Source of the DNA: Haliotis rubra
Lineage: Eukaryota
Assembly: GCF_003918875.1 (NCBI RefSeq)
Contig: NW_025766984.1
Location: 1,054,001-1,118,000 of the forward strand
Direction: 5' to 3'
Length of the DNA: 64,000 nt
Shown here piece after piece: positions 35,380 to 47,900 of this stretch (position 1 is its first letter; every line of letters starts with the position of its first letter). A program made the position numbers and the translations under genes. Below the pieces are notes generated by a model that was not told where the DNA came from, ran no database searches, and worked only from the letters and a program-made list of their open reading frames with translations.

Positions 35380-38300
35380 TCAGAGCCACCATGTCCACGC
35401 ACCCCCGTGGAGTCGAGGGTCGGCGTTAGGATCAGGGTCCTTGTTGGCGGGAGGGACCATGGTTTTCCTGTACTCTTCAAGTCTGGCCAGCAAGAATTGA
35501 AGCTGGTCTGGGTTTGTGGAGGCTATATTGTGGAATTCGCACGGGTCGCTGGCAATGTGAAACAAACATGGCGACACTTCCGGTTGACAGTTAGTCTCGG
35601 CATCCACGGGTTTCTTGCCGCAATTGACGTTCACTGGATGGTCGTTTGTATTGAACTCTTTCACGAATTCACTTCCAGAGGGATGTTTGATCTTGGTGTC
35701 CTTTCCTTCTGGTGGCGGGTACCAAGAATCGTCTTTACCTTCTGAGATATCTCCCATAACAAGTTTATACTCCCCAACTCTAATAGATGAAAAGTTCTGT
35801 ATGGGATCAATGTTATGTAATATTTCGTTTCTAACAGCGGCGCCATTGTTCGACAACATTTCCCACAGATTGTAGCCATCTTGGTTCCTAAGTTTGTTGA
35901 CGTCACCTCCGGCCGCGTGGTAGAGTGTGGGCAGCCAATCAGTGATATGCATCATGTTCTCCTGGACGTACCCGGATGTAGAGAGTAGAGGGCTGTAGAC
36001 GAAGCCATTTCCCCGTACGCCGCCTTCCCACACCGTGGCCTTGCAGCCCCTGAAGAAATACACAGAAAGACCAATACATCAGTTCAGAGCAAGGTCAGCA
36101 ACCCTATCTGTGAATTGAATGGAGAAGGACAAAATTACCAAAGAACGTCGTAAATATGATACTTGCAGCGTCACTTTATGATGACACTTTATTATTTCAA
36201 AACAAGAAATTTGATTTGGATCAATATAAACCAGAAAACTTCCCCATTCCCTTTAAGTAACATATGTATTCAGAACGAATACTATATATCACTCAGGAAT
36301 AGTCACAGGGCCCAAGATTCTTTCATATAATTATAGCTAATCTGTTGTGTCATATGATATTCATCTATCACATATCAACTACACTGATATGAGCGAGTTG
36401 TGTAGTATATACATATACACACTGACTGTATATACTACATTACGTTAAACTCAGTAAACTCGGTGTCCATTGATCACAAATTCGTGACAAGATGGGATGT
36501 GGAATGTACTGCAAATCTGCACACGGCATAACCTTTGACGAACGGAGCACGATACTGTTGTCATGGAAGAGGTGTTCTTGTTTAGAAAATTTTGTTGATG
36601 ACAAACAGACTTGGCAAACTGGCTTCACGGACGAACGCTGATACACATACCTAAGCGGCCAGTTGCTTGCGGCATTGTGGTCGAAACCATTGGTTGGTCC
36701 GCCGTTGTCGGTCGTGAAGACGATGATGGTGTTGTTCATCATCCCCGTCTGCTGCAACGTCGCCGTGACGTTACCCACAGCTTCATCCAGAGCCGACACC
36801 ATGCCTGAAGTAATCACAATATAAACATTACATTGGGGAATGGACAATGCGGACACGAGTGCAGTAATCTGTTTCTTACTAGTACTTTTGTTGGATGGCT
36901 GAGTTGGTTAGACGGCTGAGTTTGTGTGCTTGCGATTAGGTGCCTGACTCTGAGGGTGTGGGTTCGAATTCCAGATGGGACTCAACCCAACAAAAGCACT
37001 AGAACCTGTACTTTACTGAGAAAGTGTAATCCCAAATATAACATGTGTTACATTTGACCACTTTCTAAATGGCATTGTGTATTTAGAAAAGTCGCAGCGA
37101 ATGGAATGTCCAAGGTTAACCTGGTGATCGCGGTGGTGCATTAACACGTCACACACTGATGTCGTCCTGAGTACCGTGAGCTGGTTGTTTAACGCAACAA
37201 TCAGCAATATTCCAGCCAGTATAATGCAGTCTGGGCCAGCCTGTACCAGACAATCCAGTAATTGGCAACATGAGCATCTACAAAACTGGGATATGATTAC
37301 ATGCATCAACCCAGTCAGCGAGCCTGACCATCCCATCTTGTTAATGACCCTACTCTTACGACAAGCATGATCAGCTTTAAACCGGATCTTCAAGGGAATA
37401 TTCCTACTGCTGAACCTGAAGTTGGGAGATCATCGGAAGCAAGGGAAATCTCAGACTCGATTTCTTGCTATGGCCAGAACAAGATGGAGGAAGTCCGTTG
37501 ACAAGGAAACAGATCTGATGTACTACATTACGTCAACAGTTACAGCATCAAACGAGTAGGTTTTTGCACAGTGAATCTGTGATGAGCTTTCTTACCTTTC
37601 ACGATTTCAGGAAACTACGGTACAGTTCTTACATTTCCTTGCTACAGGTGTAGGTTTGATATTGACTTTAACCCACTCTCTCACACTAGTCCCCGGCAGA
37701 AGATGAACCAATATATATTTACGGCTTTGGAGAAAAATTCAAAAATACATTTTACCAGCAAACATTCTCCTCGGTACGTCACTGAAATGGTTGTATCTGT
37801 CGATGTATGTCTGGGGTGCTGCAATAATATCTTCTCCCCCGTAGTTCCCAGCATGCACTGCTTGGAAGGCTAGATACAGGAACAACGACTGCGCAGGAAC
37901 AGCACAACACACTTGTAAACGTGAACACTGAGTTACACTGCCATAGTCTATGCACAATCATTGTAAGTGATACTGTACTATAGAAACATGGAGTAACATA
38001 CAAGTAGAAACGTCTTCGTACAATAAGAATAATATTCGCTTCTTTTATCCACTCAGCCCGTCCTTCACAGATAGAGACACGACCATTATGCTTATTATAT
38101 CCTCTCGCTGTATGTGACACACAGGATGTGAAGACCAGACTGGCGGTATACATGGTATGCGTCAACACCATTTTCACCATTTAATAATTTAGTATTATGC
38201 CTTTAATGTTCCTTGATATCGTAAGATAGTTTCTCGTACTCCCGAACACACCTTTGATTGGTTATGAGCTTTTATGACGTCACTGGCTTCTGTCGCAAAT

Positions 38301-40975
38301 AGTGTTGTGGAATACTGTTCATCATCATCATGCACCACGTCCAGGTTCCGGCGGAAGTCCAGCCCCCACATGCCCTGAAACACAACCCCAGCGACTCTCT
38401 CAACATGTAATATCATACCTTAGGTACCCGATGGCACCACTCAACCACGTCTCAGAGCAAAGTATTCGAAAGAAGCCAAAACACAATTACTAATAAAATA
38501 ATTAACGAGTGTTCAAAACATAGAAATGTTTATTTTATTTGCCTATTTTTTCAAACTGAATATCCACATATTGCCGATGACGTTGAATTTTAATACTCAC
38601 TCAGAATATCCACAAAGAAGAGTACATTGTCAATACTCAAACTGTTGAGTCCGAGTTGACGATATATTCACAAAACGACGATATACAATCCAGATGTTGC
38701 TTACTCGTTGTTGTCAACTCGTACTCAAATGTAACACATTTCTATATATTTGAACAGACCTCGTTGGTAGCCCTAAATAACGGTTAGAAAAGACGTGGAT
38801 ATTCACTACTCACCTCCGGGCCCTGGCTTGTGTGGTCGAAGTAGTCTTCCTTCCCCGTGTAGTAACCGAAATGGGAATCAAACCCGCGCATAGTTGGAAT
38901 GTAATCCTTTTTGAAGAAGCCCAAATGCCACTGCAACATGCATTGTAGTGTACTGTGAAGTTGTATTAGAATGTGTGTATGCAAGGAATTGCATGATTAC
39001 ATACACGCTGACATACACGATTCTCTGTCTCTATATGAGCCTATAAGTATGACTCTGGACCAGACAATTCAGTGACTTACACTGGCGAACATCAATCTAC
39101 ACAGTTGTGATACGATGTATCAACCAGGTCTGCCCATCAGATCCCGTTAGTCGTCTCTTGCGACAAACAAATGCAACAACACGCTTTTTGACATGGAATA
39201 AATCAAGTAAATAAAATGACTGCCGTACTAAAACATTGATACAGTTGACAAATTTAACAGTTTGAAAAGAAAGATGTCATTAACTGATCGTTCCTTTTTC
39301 ATTTTGAAAACATTATTACTTCTGACAGTACTGACCAATAGAAAGCTCTGCCCTTGTGTCAGTCAGTGTTTAGCTCACCTTACCAATGATGTGTGAAGCG
39401 TACCCCAGCTCGTTGAGATACTGGGGCATGATGGTCTCGTTCAGAGACAGGCCATACGGAGTGGTCTCCTTGATCACCTTGTGCTGCAGACCTGCCAATA
39501 AACTAACGATTAGTCTCTGGAAATATATAATGTTGATAAAATATATTAACTGTAAATTAAAAAGGGTTACCCACTTAGGTGGAACTGAAAATAGTATGGC
39601 TGAGGAAATGTGAGACAGACTAACCTACAGATGCCCAGTATCTGAACAGTAACCCTATACTTATTGTTTATATCTCCGGGGCGGTGGGGTGGCCTAGTGG
39701 TTAAAGCGTTCGCTCGTCACACCGAAGACCCGGGTTCGATTCCCCACATGGGTACAATGTGTGAAGCCCATTTCTGGTGTCCCCGCCGTGATATTGCTGG
39801 GACATTGCTATAAGGGGCGTAAAACTAAATTCACTCACTCATCCTTTACATCACCAGAGGTCGCATGTAAGTAAACCTTCACTCACTCCTGGATCCTAAG
39901 AACCATGGAACTCGATCCAGCAGTTAGTGTTTCCGACATGCGACCCCAGGAGACAGAAAAGATGCATCATACCCTGGACGTGGTCAACAAAGGGATAATT
40001 CCACCTGCATTCCTTATAACTGCATACATTGGGTGTGTGTACAGCTGACTGTATTCTTCGTTGATTGGCCCGGCCGGGATTATGTTAAATGCTGATTAGT
40101 CAATGGAAGCCATATTAAATTATATACTACATTATTGCGAAAATGCATTTTGACGCCATTCAGTGATGAAGACATCACGTAACTTCATCTGAACAGGGGC
40201 GGTTCGGTAGCCCAGTTGTTAATGCATTCGCTCGTCATGCCCAAGACCAGGGTTCGATTCCCTTCAACGCGTGAAGCCGTTTTCCGGTTTATCAGTACTG
40301 CTGAAAGCGGTGTAAAACTACATACACTCACCCATTCACCTGAACAACGGCTGCTCTATTGGGTTGACGTTTCATGTGTTTCTGCTCACCTATGTGGATA
40401 GGTTGTCCATGTCACCTGTGTATAGGGGATGTCCATCTCACCTGTGTGAATGGGGTGCCTGCCGGTCATGATGGCGCTTCTAGTCGGGGTACATAGTGGA
40501 GACACATAGTAGTGGTTGAGGATGACGCCATTGTATGCAAGTTTGTCCAGATGCGGCGTCCTGATCTTAGAACCATGGAAGCTGACGTCACCCCAGCCCT
40601 GGCAATATTGAATGCTGTACTATCCGTAATTTTAAACAAATTACCTATATACACATACACACATGGCAGATGAAAACATCGGTCGCAAAGATTTAGCATT
40701 CACGAAAGGAATTCATGTTGTCTATTTAAACAAGGAAAAGGTTTGCTTTACTGTGATTCTGTCTGTATCTTCAGTGCTCTGTTATTATCGACTCAGGCAA
40801 TACGTGCAATATCGATGACTCTATGCTAAGTAACAGCAGAACAGGCATACTTACCAGCCTGCTGTTATTGATTATACTTACCAGATCATCCGCTACAATG
40901 AAGATAATGTTTGGGGGCTTTCGCCTGTGACGTCACGCACAGGAGCGATAGTACAATAATCAAAGCAAGCCTCAT
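35380..40975 (-). CDS. ARSB: Arylsulfatase B-like paralog G3, 8 exons; 1-nt insertion in exon 1 as assembled (519 aa if corrected)
   Basis: Exons 40975-40882 (94 nt versus 93), 40598-40442, 39491-39379, 38930-38814, 38374-38252, 37888-37756, 36804-36651, 36049-35380. CTPTR and GKWHLG intact. Extra base at 40913-40921 (gggggcttt). Confidence 0.88.
37176..37394 (-). mobile_element. SINE family B (diverged)
   Basis: Similar to the family B consensus. Confidence 0.7.
39678..39841 (+). mobile_element. SINE family A
   Basis: Full length. Degenerate copies also at 40196-40336 (+) and 34693-34840 (-). Confidence 0.88.
40335..40441 (-). repeat. Short donor-derived array (2-3 degenerate units) in G3 intron 2
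   Basis: cacacag|gtgagatggacatcccctatacacag gtgacatggacaacctatccacatag gtgag. Confidence 0.7.
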
Positions 40976-41414
40976 TGTCCAGTTGTCAATACTGAAGAAG
41001 ATTCATTTGACTACGATAGAATAACCCTGACCATTTCACCCATACAAACAATACCGTACGGTTACCACGAGAAAAGATGCGAGATATGACTTGAGTAACG
41101 TGACTGAAAGTATCCAAAATGCAAATTTTTTTCCACTTCACGTGACCAAGATACGCCCCCTATTGATAAGATATACACAATGTGCAATGTCCGTTGTGTT
41201 CAAGTTCATTAGGGTGGTAACAAAGAGAAAGAACTCTTCACGATCTTCAAGAATCTATGATGTACACACAGACAGTACATTTGTTGCTATTAATATATTC
41301 CATATCCGTATTTGTGTTTGTTCATTGCACAGGAAGAATACCAACAACAAAAAAAAAAACCACAGCAAACAATGATGTATCATTCAAAGTAAGGTGTCAT
41401 CGTTGAAGATTACT

Positions 41415-41584
41415 GGGGCGGTGGGGTAGCCTAGTGGTTAAAGCGTTGGCTCGTCACGCCGAAGACCAGGGTTCGATTCCCCACATGGGCACAATGTGTT
41501 AAGCCCATTTCTGGTGTCCCCCGCCGTGATATTGCTGGAATATTGCTAAAAGCGGCGTAAAACTAAACTCAGTCAGTCAGTCAG
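41415..41584 (+). mobile_element. SINE family A
   Basis: TSD gttgaagattact; (TCAG)n tail. Confidence 0.9.
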
Positions 41585-41663
41585 TTGAAGATTACTTTTT
41601 ATTGCCCCACAAAAAGTGTCTGAAGTGACAGATATTTTCACATAAAACGTTCTTTTAGGTATG

Positions 41664-41832
41664 TGGTGGCGGGGTAGCCTAGTGGTTAAAGTGTTCGCTC
41701 GTCACGCCGAAGACCCGGGTTCGATTCCCCACATGGGTACAACGTGCATGTGAAGTCCATTTCTGGTGTTCCCCGCGTTGATATTGATGGAATATTGCTA
41801 AAAGCGGCGTAAAACCAAACTCTTTCACTCAC
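41664..41832 (+). mobile_element. SINE family A
   Basis: Matches consensus; lies in the G4 3' flank. Confidence 0.82.
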
Positions 41833-41905
41833 TTGTTGGTAAAATAACAGTGGATTGTTGAATAAATGGCACAATGCAACGATAGAGAAACATTTTTATT
41901 CAACA

Positions 41906-44900
41906 TTAAACATGTCTGCCGATAATATTTGGTATGCTGATCAACCCTTGTTCATCCGCAAGCCATGGTCCCCATGCCCCACCGTGAAGGGCGGGATTGG
42001 CCCGGGGGTCTATCGGTTTGTTGGAGGGCGGAACCATCGTTTTTCTATACTCATTAATCCGGTCCAGCAGAGCCTGCACTTCCGCCGGATGTGACGCAGC
42101 AATGTTGTGGAACTCACACGGATCGCTTGGAATGTGGAACAAGCATGGGGCTACCTCGGGTTTACAGTTGATCTCAGCATCTAGTGGTTTAGGTCCGCAT
42201 TTCACATCAATAGGTTGACCGACGACGGCGATGTTGTCAGTTGAAGGGCTGCCGCTGAGGGACCGGTTTATGTCGACAGCATTAGCTTCCGGAGGGGGAT
42301 ACCACGAGTCATATTTACCACCCGAGACATGCCCATCTACCAACTTGAACTCGCCCACTCTTATAGCTGAAAAGTTTGCTGTTGGGTCGATGTTGTGTAT
42401 GATCTCGTATCTCACAGCATCACCTTTGGTTGACAACATTTCCCACAGATTGTAGCCATCTTGGTTCCTGAGCTTGCTGACGTCACCTCCGGCTGCGTGG
42501 TAGAGAGTTGGCAGCCAATCAGTGATATGCATCATGTTCTCCTGGACGTACCCGGATGTAGAGAGTAGAGGGCTGTAGATGAAGCCATTTCCCCGCACCC
42601 CTCCTTCCCACATCGTGTTCTTGCAGCCCCTGGGGAAATACACGGTGCGTATCACTGAAAGTTTACACTGAATTATTTCGAAGATGCCACACAGCATGAT
42701 CAGCTTTAACTAATGATGAACATCCTGATCATGTTCGTACCCTTTGTCTCTGAAAATATATCGTTTTGATAAATAAAGGAGCCCCACTGAGATTTGAGAT
42801 TCAAATGTTTTTGCATTACACGAAACCTTGGGCAGAATGGAGGGTGGGGTGGGGGATGGTGGGGAAGCATATTTCAGGGACTGTGATTACTAGTTTTAGT
42901 AAGAATCCAGTTGGTGCGCGTTACCCTGACACATAAAGATGACACGCTCTTATGTCACTACAGCTATGTTAACAGGACTCAAGTACTCATCCTCGATAAC
43001 TCAAGGCTAATATCGAGTGTTGATATTAGACCCTACTGACGATAACGTGTAATCAAAACTATGGCGTTACATGGCTAAAACGAATTATCCCTTTCATATC
43101 ATGGACGGCTTACAAGGTGTTTATATACTACTCAACTTTTGATAAGGATAATCATACATATCAGGTGCATTCCCATATAAACACTGGACATATAATGAAA
43201 ATAGTATCTTTAGAAATGAAAAGATAAAAGTATTCCTGTCAAGTATTCCTATTTATTCCGACACACTGATTCATCCAGTTTCGAGTCGTGCCTGAGACTG
43301 ACTGACTGAGTTTGGTTTTACGCCGCTTTTAGCAATATTCCAGCAATATCACGGCGGGGACACCAGAAATGGGCTTCACTCATTGTACCCATGTGGGGAT
43401 TCGAACCCGGGTCTTCGGCGTGACGAGCCAACGCTTTAACCACTAGACTACCCCACTGCCCCCCGTGCCTGAGAAGCAGTAAGTGATGTGAAGAACACAA
43501 TGTGGCTATGAGGTTACACGTATTTAACGTTATATCCAGGCCCGATTTCCACACTACGTGTAATACCTGAGTGGCCAGTTACAAGCAGAGTTCCTGTCGT
43601 AGCCGTTGGTGGGTCCGCCGTTGTCTGTGGTGAAGATAATGATGGAGTTGTTTATCATCCCCGTCTCCTCCAGTGTCTGGAAGACGCTGGCGACGGAGTC
43701 ATCCAACGCCGAGGTCATCCCTGCAACATCACCATGTGTCTAGAAGCACGGTAAGCAATCCGTTAATCGTGGGTTTGATTCCGCAGAGACGACTGACTGA
43801 CTGACTGAGTTTGGTTTTACACCGCTTTTAGCAATATTCCAGCAACATCACGGCGGGGGACACCAGAAATGGGCTTCACACATTGTGCCCATGTGGGGAT
43901 TCGAACCCGGGTCTTCGGCGTGACGAGCCAACGCTTTAACCATTAGGCTACCCCACCGCCCCCCGCAGAGACGAAGCACCATAAAGTTGTTATGCAATGG
44001 GGGATACCACAGGGTATCTCCGTGTTTGCAGACATGCATATATCATATTTATCTTAGAATCCCGGGAACCACCAAATTGGAAAACCCTAATCCCAACATC
44101 AGCCCCCAACCTTACCTCTGATATATTTTTGTGTTAACACACAAATCACTCACATACTGAACACAGTAGACAAAGATTACCAGCAAATGTCTTCCTGGGG
44201 ACGTCTTCGATGCCAGGGAATCTCTCGACATATTTCTGAGGTGCCTGGACCGGATCGCCATTGTAGTTCCCGGCATGCACTGCTTGGTGAGCCAGCCACA
44301 GGAACAGAGGCTACAGAGACCGGAACTGACGTCAATGATTGCCAGGCAAAATGAGAAGCGGACATTCTCAGATTTCATGAGGAAATGTGACAGATGAAGA
44401 TCCGGGTTGGAACCTATCTCCAAGTGTGTCAATGTTTATAATGTCACATGCTAGTTTATCTGTTCCAGTCTCGATAACTGGCACAGCAGGAGTGTTGTCA
44501 AAGTTTATAACTTTATTGGGCACTCTTATTAAACGGTACTTCAACGTACGACAACACTGCTCTTAAAATATATTTCAGAAATTCGAACTAAATGTTTAAA
44601 AGAAAGGCAAACATTCAAGGTTTTGTATGGTCAGTTATACTTTCTGAAAGCACAGTGTTTCATTTTTCACTGTTTTGCAATCACGTCGTGGACGTTATTT
44701 ACGTTAATCACGTAGTGGACGTTAATCACGTAGTGGACGTTATTTACGTTAATCACGTAGTGAGTGTTATTTACGTTAATCACGTCGTGGGCGTTATTTA
44801 CGTTAATCACGTCGTGGACGTAATTTACGTTAATCACGTCGTGGGCGTTATTTACGTTAATCACGTCGTGGACGTTATTTACGTTAATCACGTCGTGGAC

Positions 44901-47900
44901 GCATTACCCCAAGTCTATAAGTGAGTAAGTGAGCGAAGCTTTTACACTTATTTCAACAATTTTTGAGGAATATCGCCCAGATATGGGCTCCATATATTCT
45001 AACGATATAAGAAATCGAATGGTTTAACCACTCGGCTACATTGCCCACTGTAACTCGTAAGAGTGTACCAAGGATGCAATTTGATCAATACCGTGATTGA
45101 GTTGGGGCAATAAATACTGTTATGTTGAACATAAATACAAGTAGAATCTAATCTAGGCACACCACAAAATCTGTTACATCCCTACGTGCTGACATTGGTC
45201 TTACCTGTGATGTATTGTGGAGTCGGAGAATCGCGTTTGCTTCCTGCGTGTACAGCTCGGTGGAATATGTTTCACCGTAACCCCGTTCTATTGCCCGGTT
45301 CCGCCGGAAGTCGTAACCCCAGTATCCCTAGGGATGGAGTTTAACAATGTTTGACCCAAAATACCCTTCTAATTTATACATGACAGTAGCTGCACTAATC
45401 GTGAACAATATATTTCTGTCATGGTACAACTTATATAAATGTAAATGTATGAATGCATATGAGTCTGTGGATTCAGAAAAATGACACGAGATTAATACAA
45501 ATGTGTGGCTGATACCGATGCATTTATGAATATGGATATTTAATAATCCCTTTTCAAACACCATTAAGGCCAAGTATATGATAAAAAGAGATTACGAAAT
45601 GCTTGTGGATGCCACCTGTTGCTTGTATGACTTTTGAAACTGAAACCAACTTCCCTTGCATTGTATTCAACACTGGAGAAATGAGACCCATGAAGGTCCA
45701 GGTTACAATATTGATCTTCAGTATCCCATGCTTGTCGTAAGAGGCGACTGACGGGATCGGGTGGTCAGGCTCGCTGGCTTGGTTGACACATGTCATCGGT
45801 TCCCAATTGCGCAGATCGATGCTCATGCTGTTGATCACTGGATTGTCTGGTCCAGATTCGATTATTTACAGACCGCCGCCATAGAGCTGGAATATTGCTG
45901 AGTGCGGCGTAAAACTAAACTCACTCACTCACTCACTGGAGAAATGTACTGAGACGAAGGAGTCTTTCTGGGCCCACTTTTAGTGTATGATGAAATAATA
46001 GTCGTGTCCCTAGCAAACATCGAGCAGTTTATATGAGATATGTAGTTTATTATTACCCCCCATCCGTCCTCGGCGGAGTGGTCGTAGTAGTCCTCGTGGC
46101 CGAGGTAGAAGCCCAAGAAGGAGTCGAAACCTCTCCTAGTGGGGGTGTGGTTCTCTGTATAATGGCCCAGGTGCCACTAGACATGCCAAAGGAAAACGTT
46201 ATTGTTACACTGTATACAGTGAGACCCCATTAACCTGGACACAGTAACATGGTAACCTCATTACCATTGAAACCCCGGTTGCCGGTAACCCCGTATGTAT
46301 GGATACCCCTACGTTACGTAGGAAGATATGACAGGAGTAACCTCTGTGAGAAGAGAATGGGATACCCCTTGTTTGGTCATCATGTTAGTCCAGGTTAGAA
46401 TATATCTTCAGCAACCAGTGCTTGTCGTAAGAGGCGACTAAATGGATCGGTGGCCAAGCTCGCTTACTTGGTTGACACACGTCATCGATTGATTATGTAC
46501 AGACCGCCGCAATAGCTGAAATATTGCTGAGTGCGGCGTTAAACACGTGGACGGTACTGTCCAGATTAAGGCTTCTATTATGGTATTAAAAGTGGTTGAA
46601 ATGAATTTGACAAAGTGTTAAAAAATCATGATGGGGAATTTCAACCGTTTCAGTCTCAGTCATTGGTGTATGCACTGCCCAGGGTCCTTATTCTCGAAAT
46701 GTTCGTAGCCCTAAAAATTCTTAACTTTGATCGTTGCCAATGTGTTAAGAATGTGCTTAAGAAGTTCATAGGGCTACGAACGTTTCGAGCATTGTGACGT
46801 CACGGGCAGAGTTAACTGTTACTGTTCAGTTTTTACCTGATGATGCGGCCAGAACAAGTCCTGAAACGTTGTACTCAAGAATAAAAAGAAGATGTAACCC
46901 AGAAAAAGTCTCTATTGTTCATCAAATAGCATCTTCTAAAATGCCAATCGAGCATCTGTTTCGAGAATAGCTGTCCAGGACAGAAATCATATATAATTAT
47001 CATTGTTTATATTCATTAGAACGCCGTAGAGATCATACGTCACCCATACCTTCCCCACGATGTGAGTGGCGTACCCGAGCTCCTTCAGGTACTGCGGCAT
47101 GATGGTCTCATTCAGAGAGAGGCCGTACGGAGAGGCACCAAGTATCACACCGTGCTGCATTCCTGTGTCAGAATGGGGGAGATTAGCGTCTCTATGAATA
47201 CTGTAGTTTTGTTGTTTTACAGAATGTCACGTTAATGCAGAGGACGAACTAGCCATTGATTCTAATCTTGTATCAACTCTACATCCAATTATGATATAAT
47301 CTTGGACCCCTTTGCGTCATATCTCAATGGGATAAATCCTGTCATTTCTGACCATTACCTGTATGTATGGGGTGCCTCCCAGTCAGTACTGACCCCTTAC
47401 CTGAATGTGTGGGGTGCCTCCCAGTCAGTACTGACCCCTTACCTGTATGTATGGGGTGCCTCCCAGTCAGTACTGACCCCTTACCTGTATGTATGGGGTG
47501 CCTCCCAGTCAGTACTGACCCCCTTACCTGTATGTATGGGGTGCCTCCCAGTCAGTACTGACCCCCTTACCTGTATGTGTGTGGGTGCCTCCCAGTCAGT
47601 ACTGACCCCTTACCTGTATGTATGGGGTGCCTCCCAGTCAGTACTGACCCCCTTACCTGTATGTGTGGGGTGCCTCCCAGTCAGTACTGACCCCCTTACC
47701 TGTATGTATGGGGTGCCTCCCAGTCAGTACTGACCCCTTACCTGTATGTATGGGGTGCCTCCCAGTCAGTACTGACCCCTTACCTGTATGTATGGGGTGC
47801 CTCCCAGTCAGTACTGACCCCTTACCTGTATGTATGGGGTGCCTCCCAGTCAGTACTGACCCCTTACCTGTATGTATGGGGTGCCTCCCAGTCAGTACTG

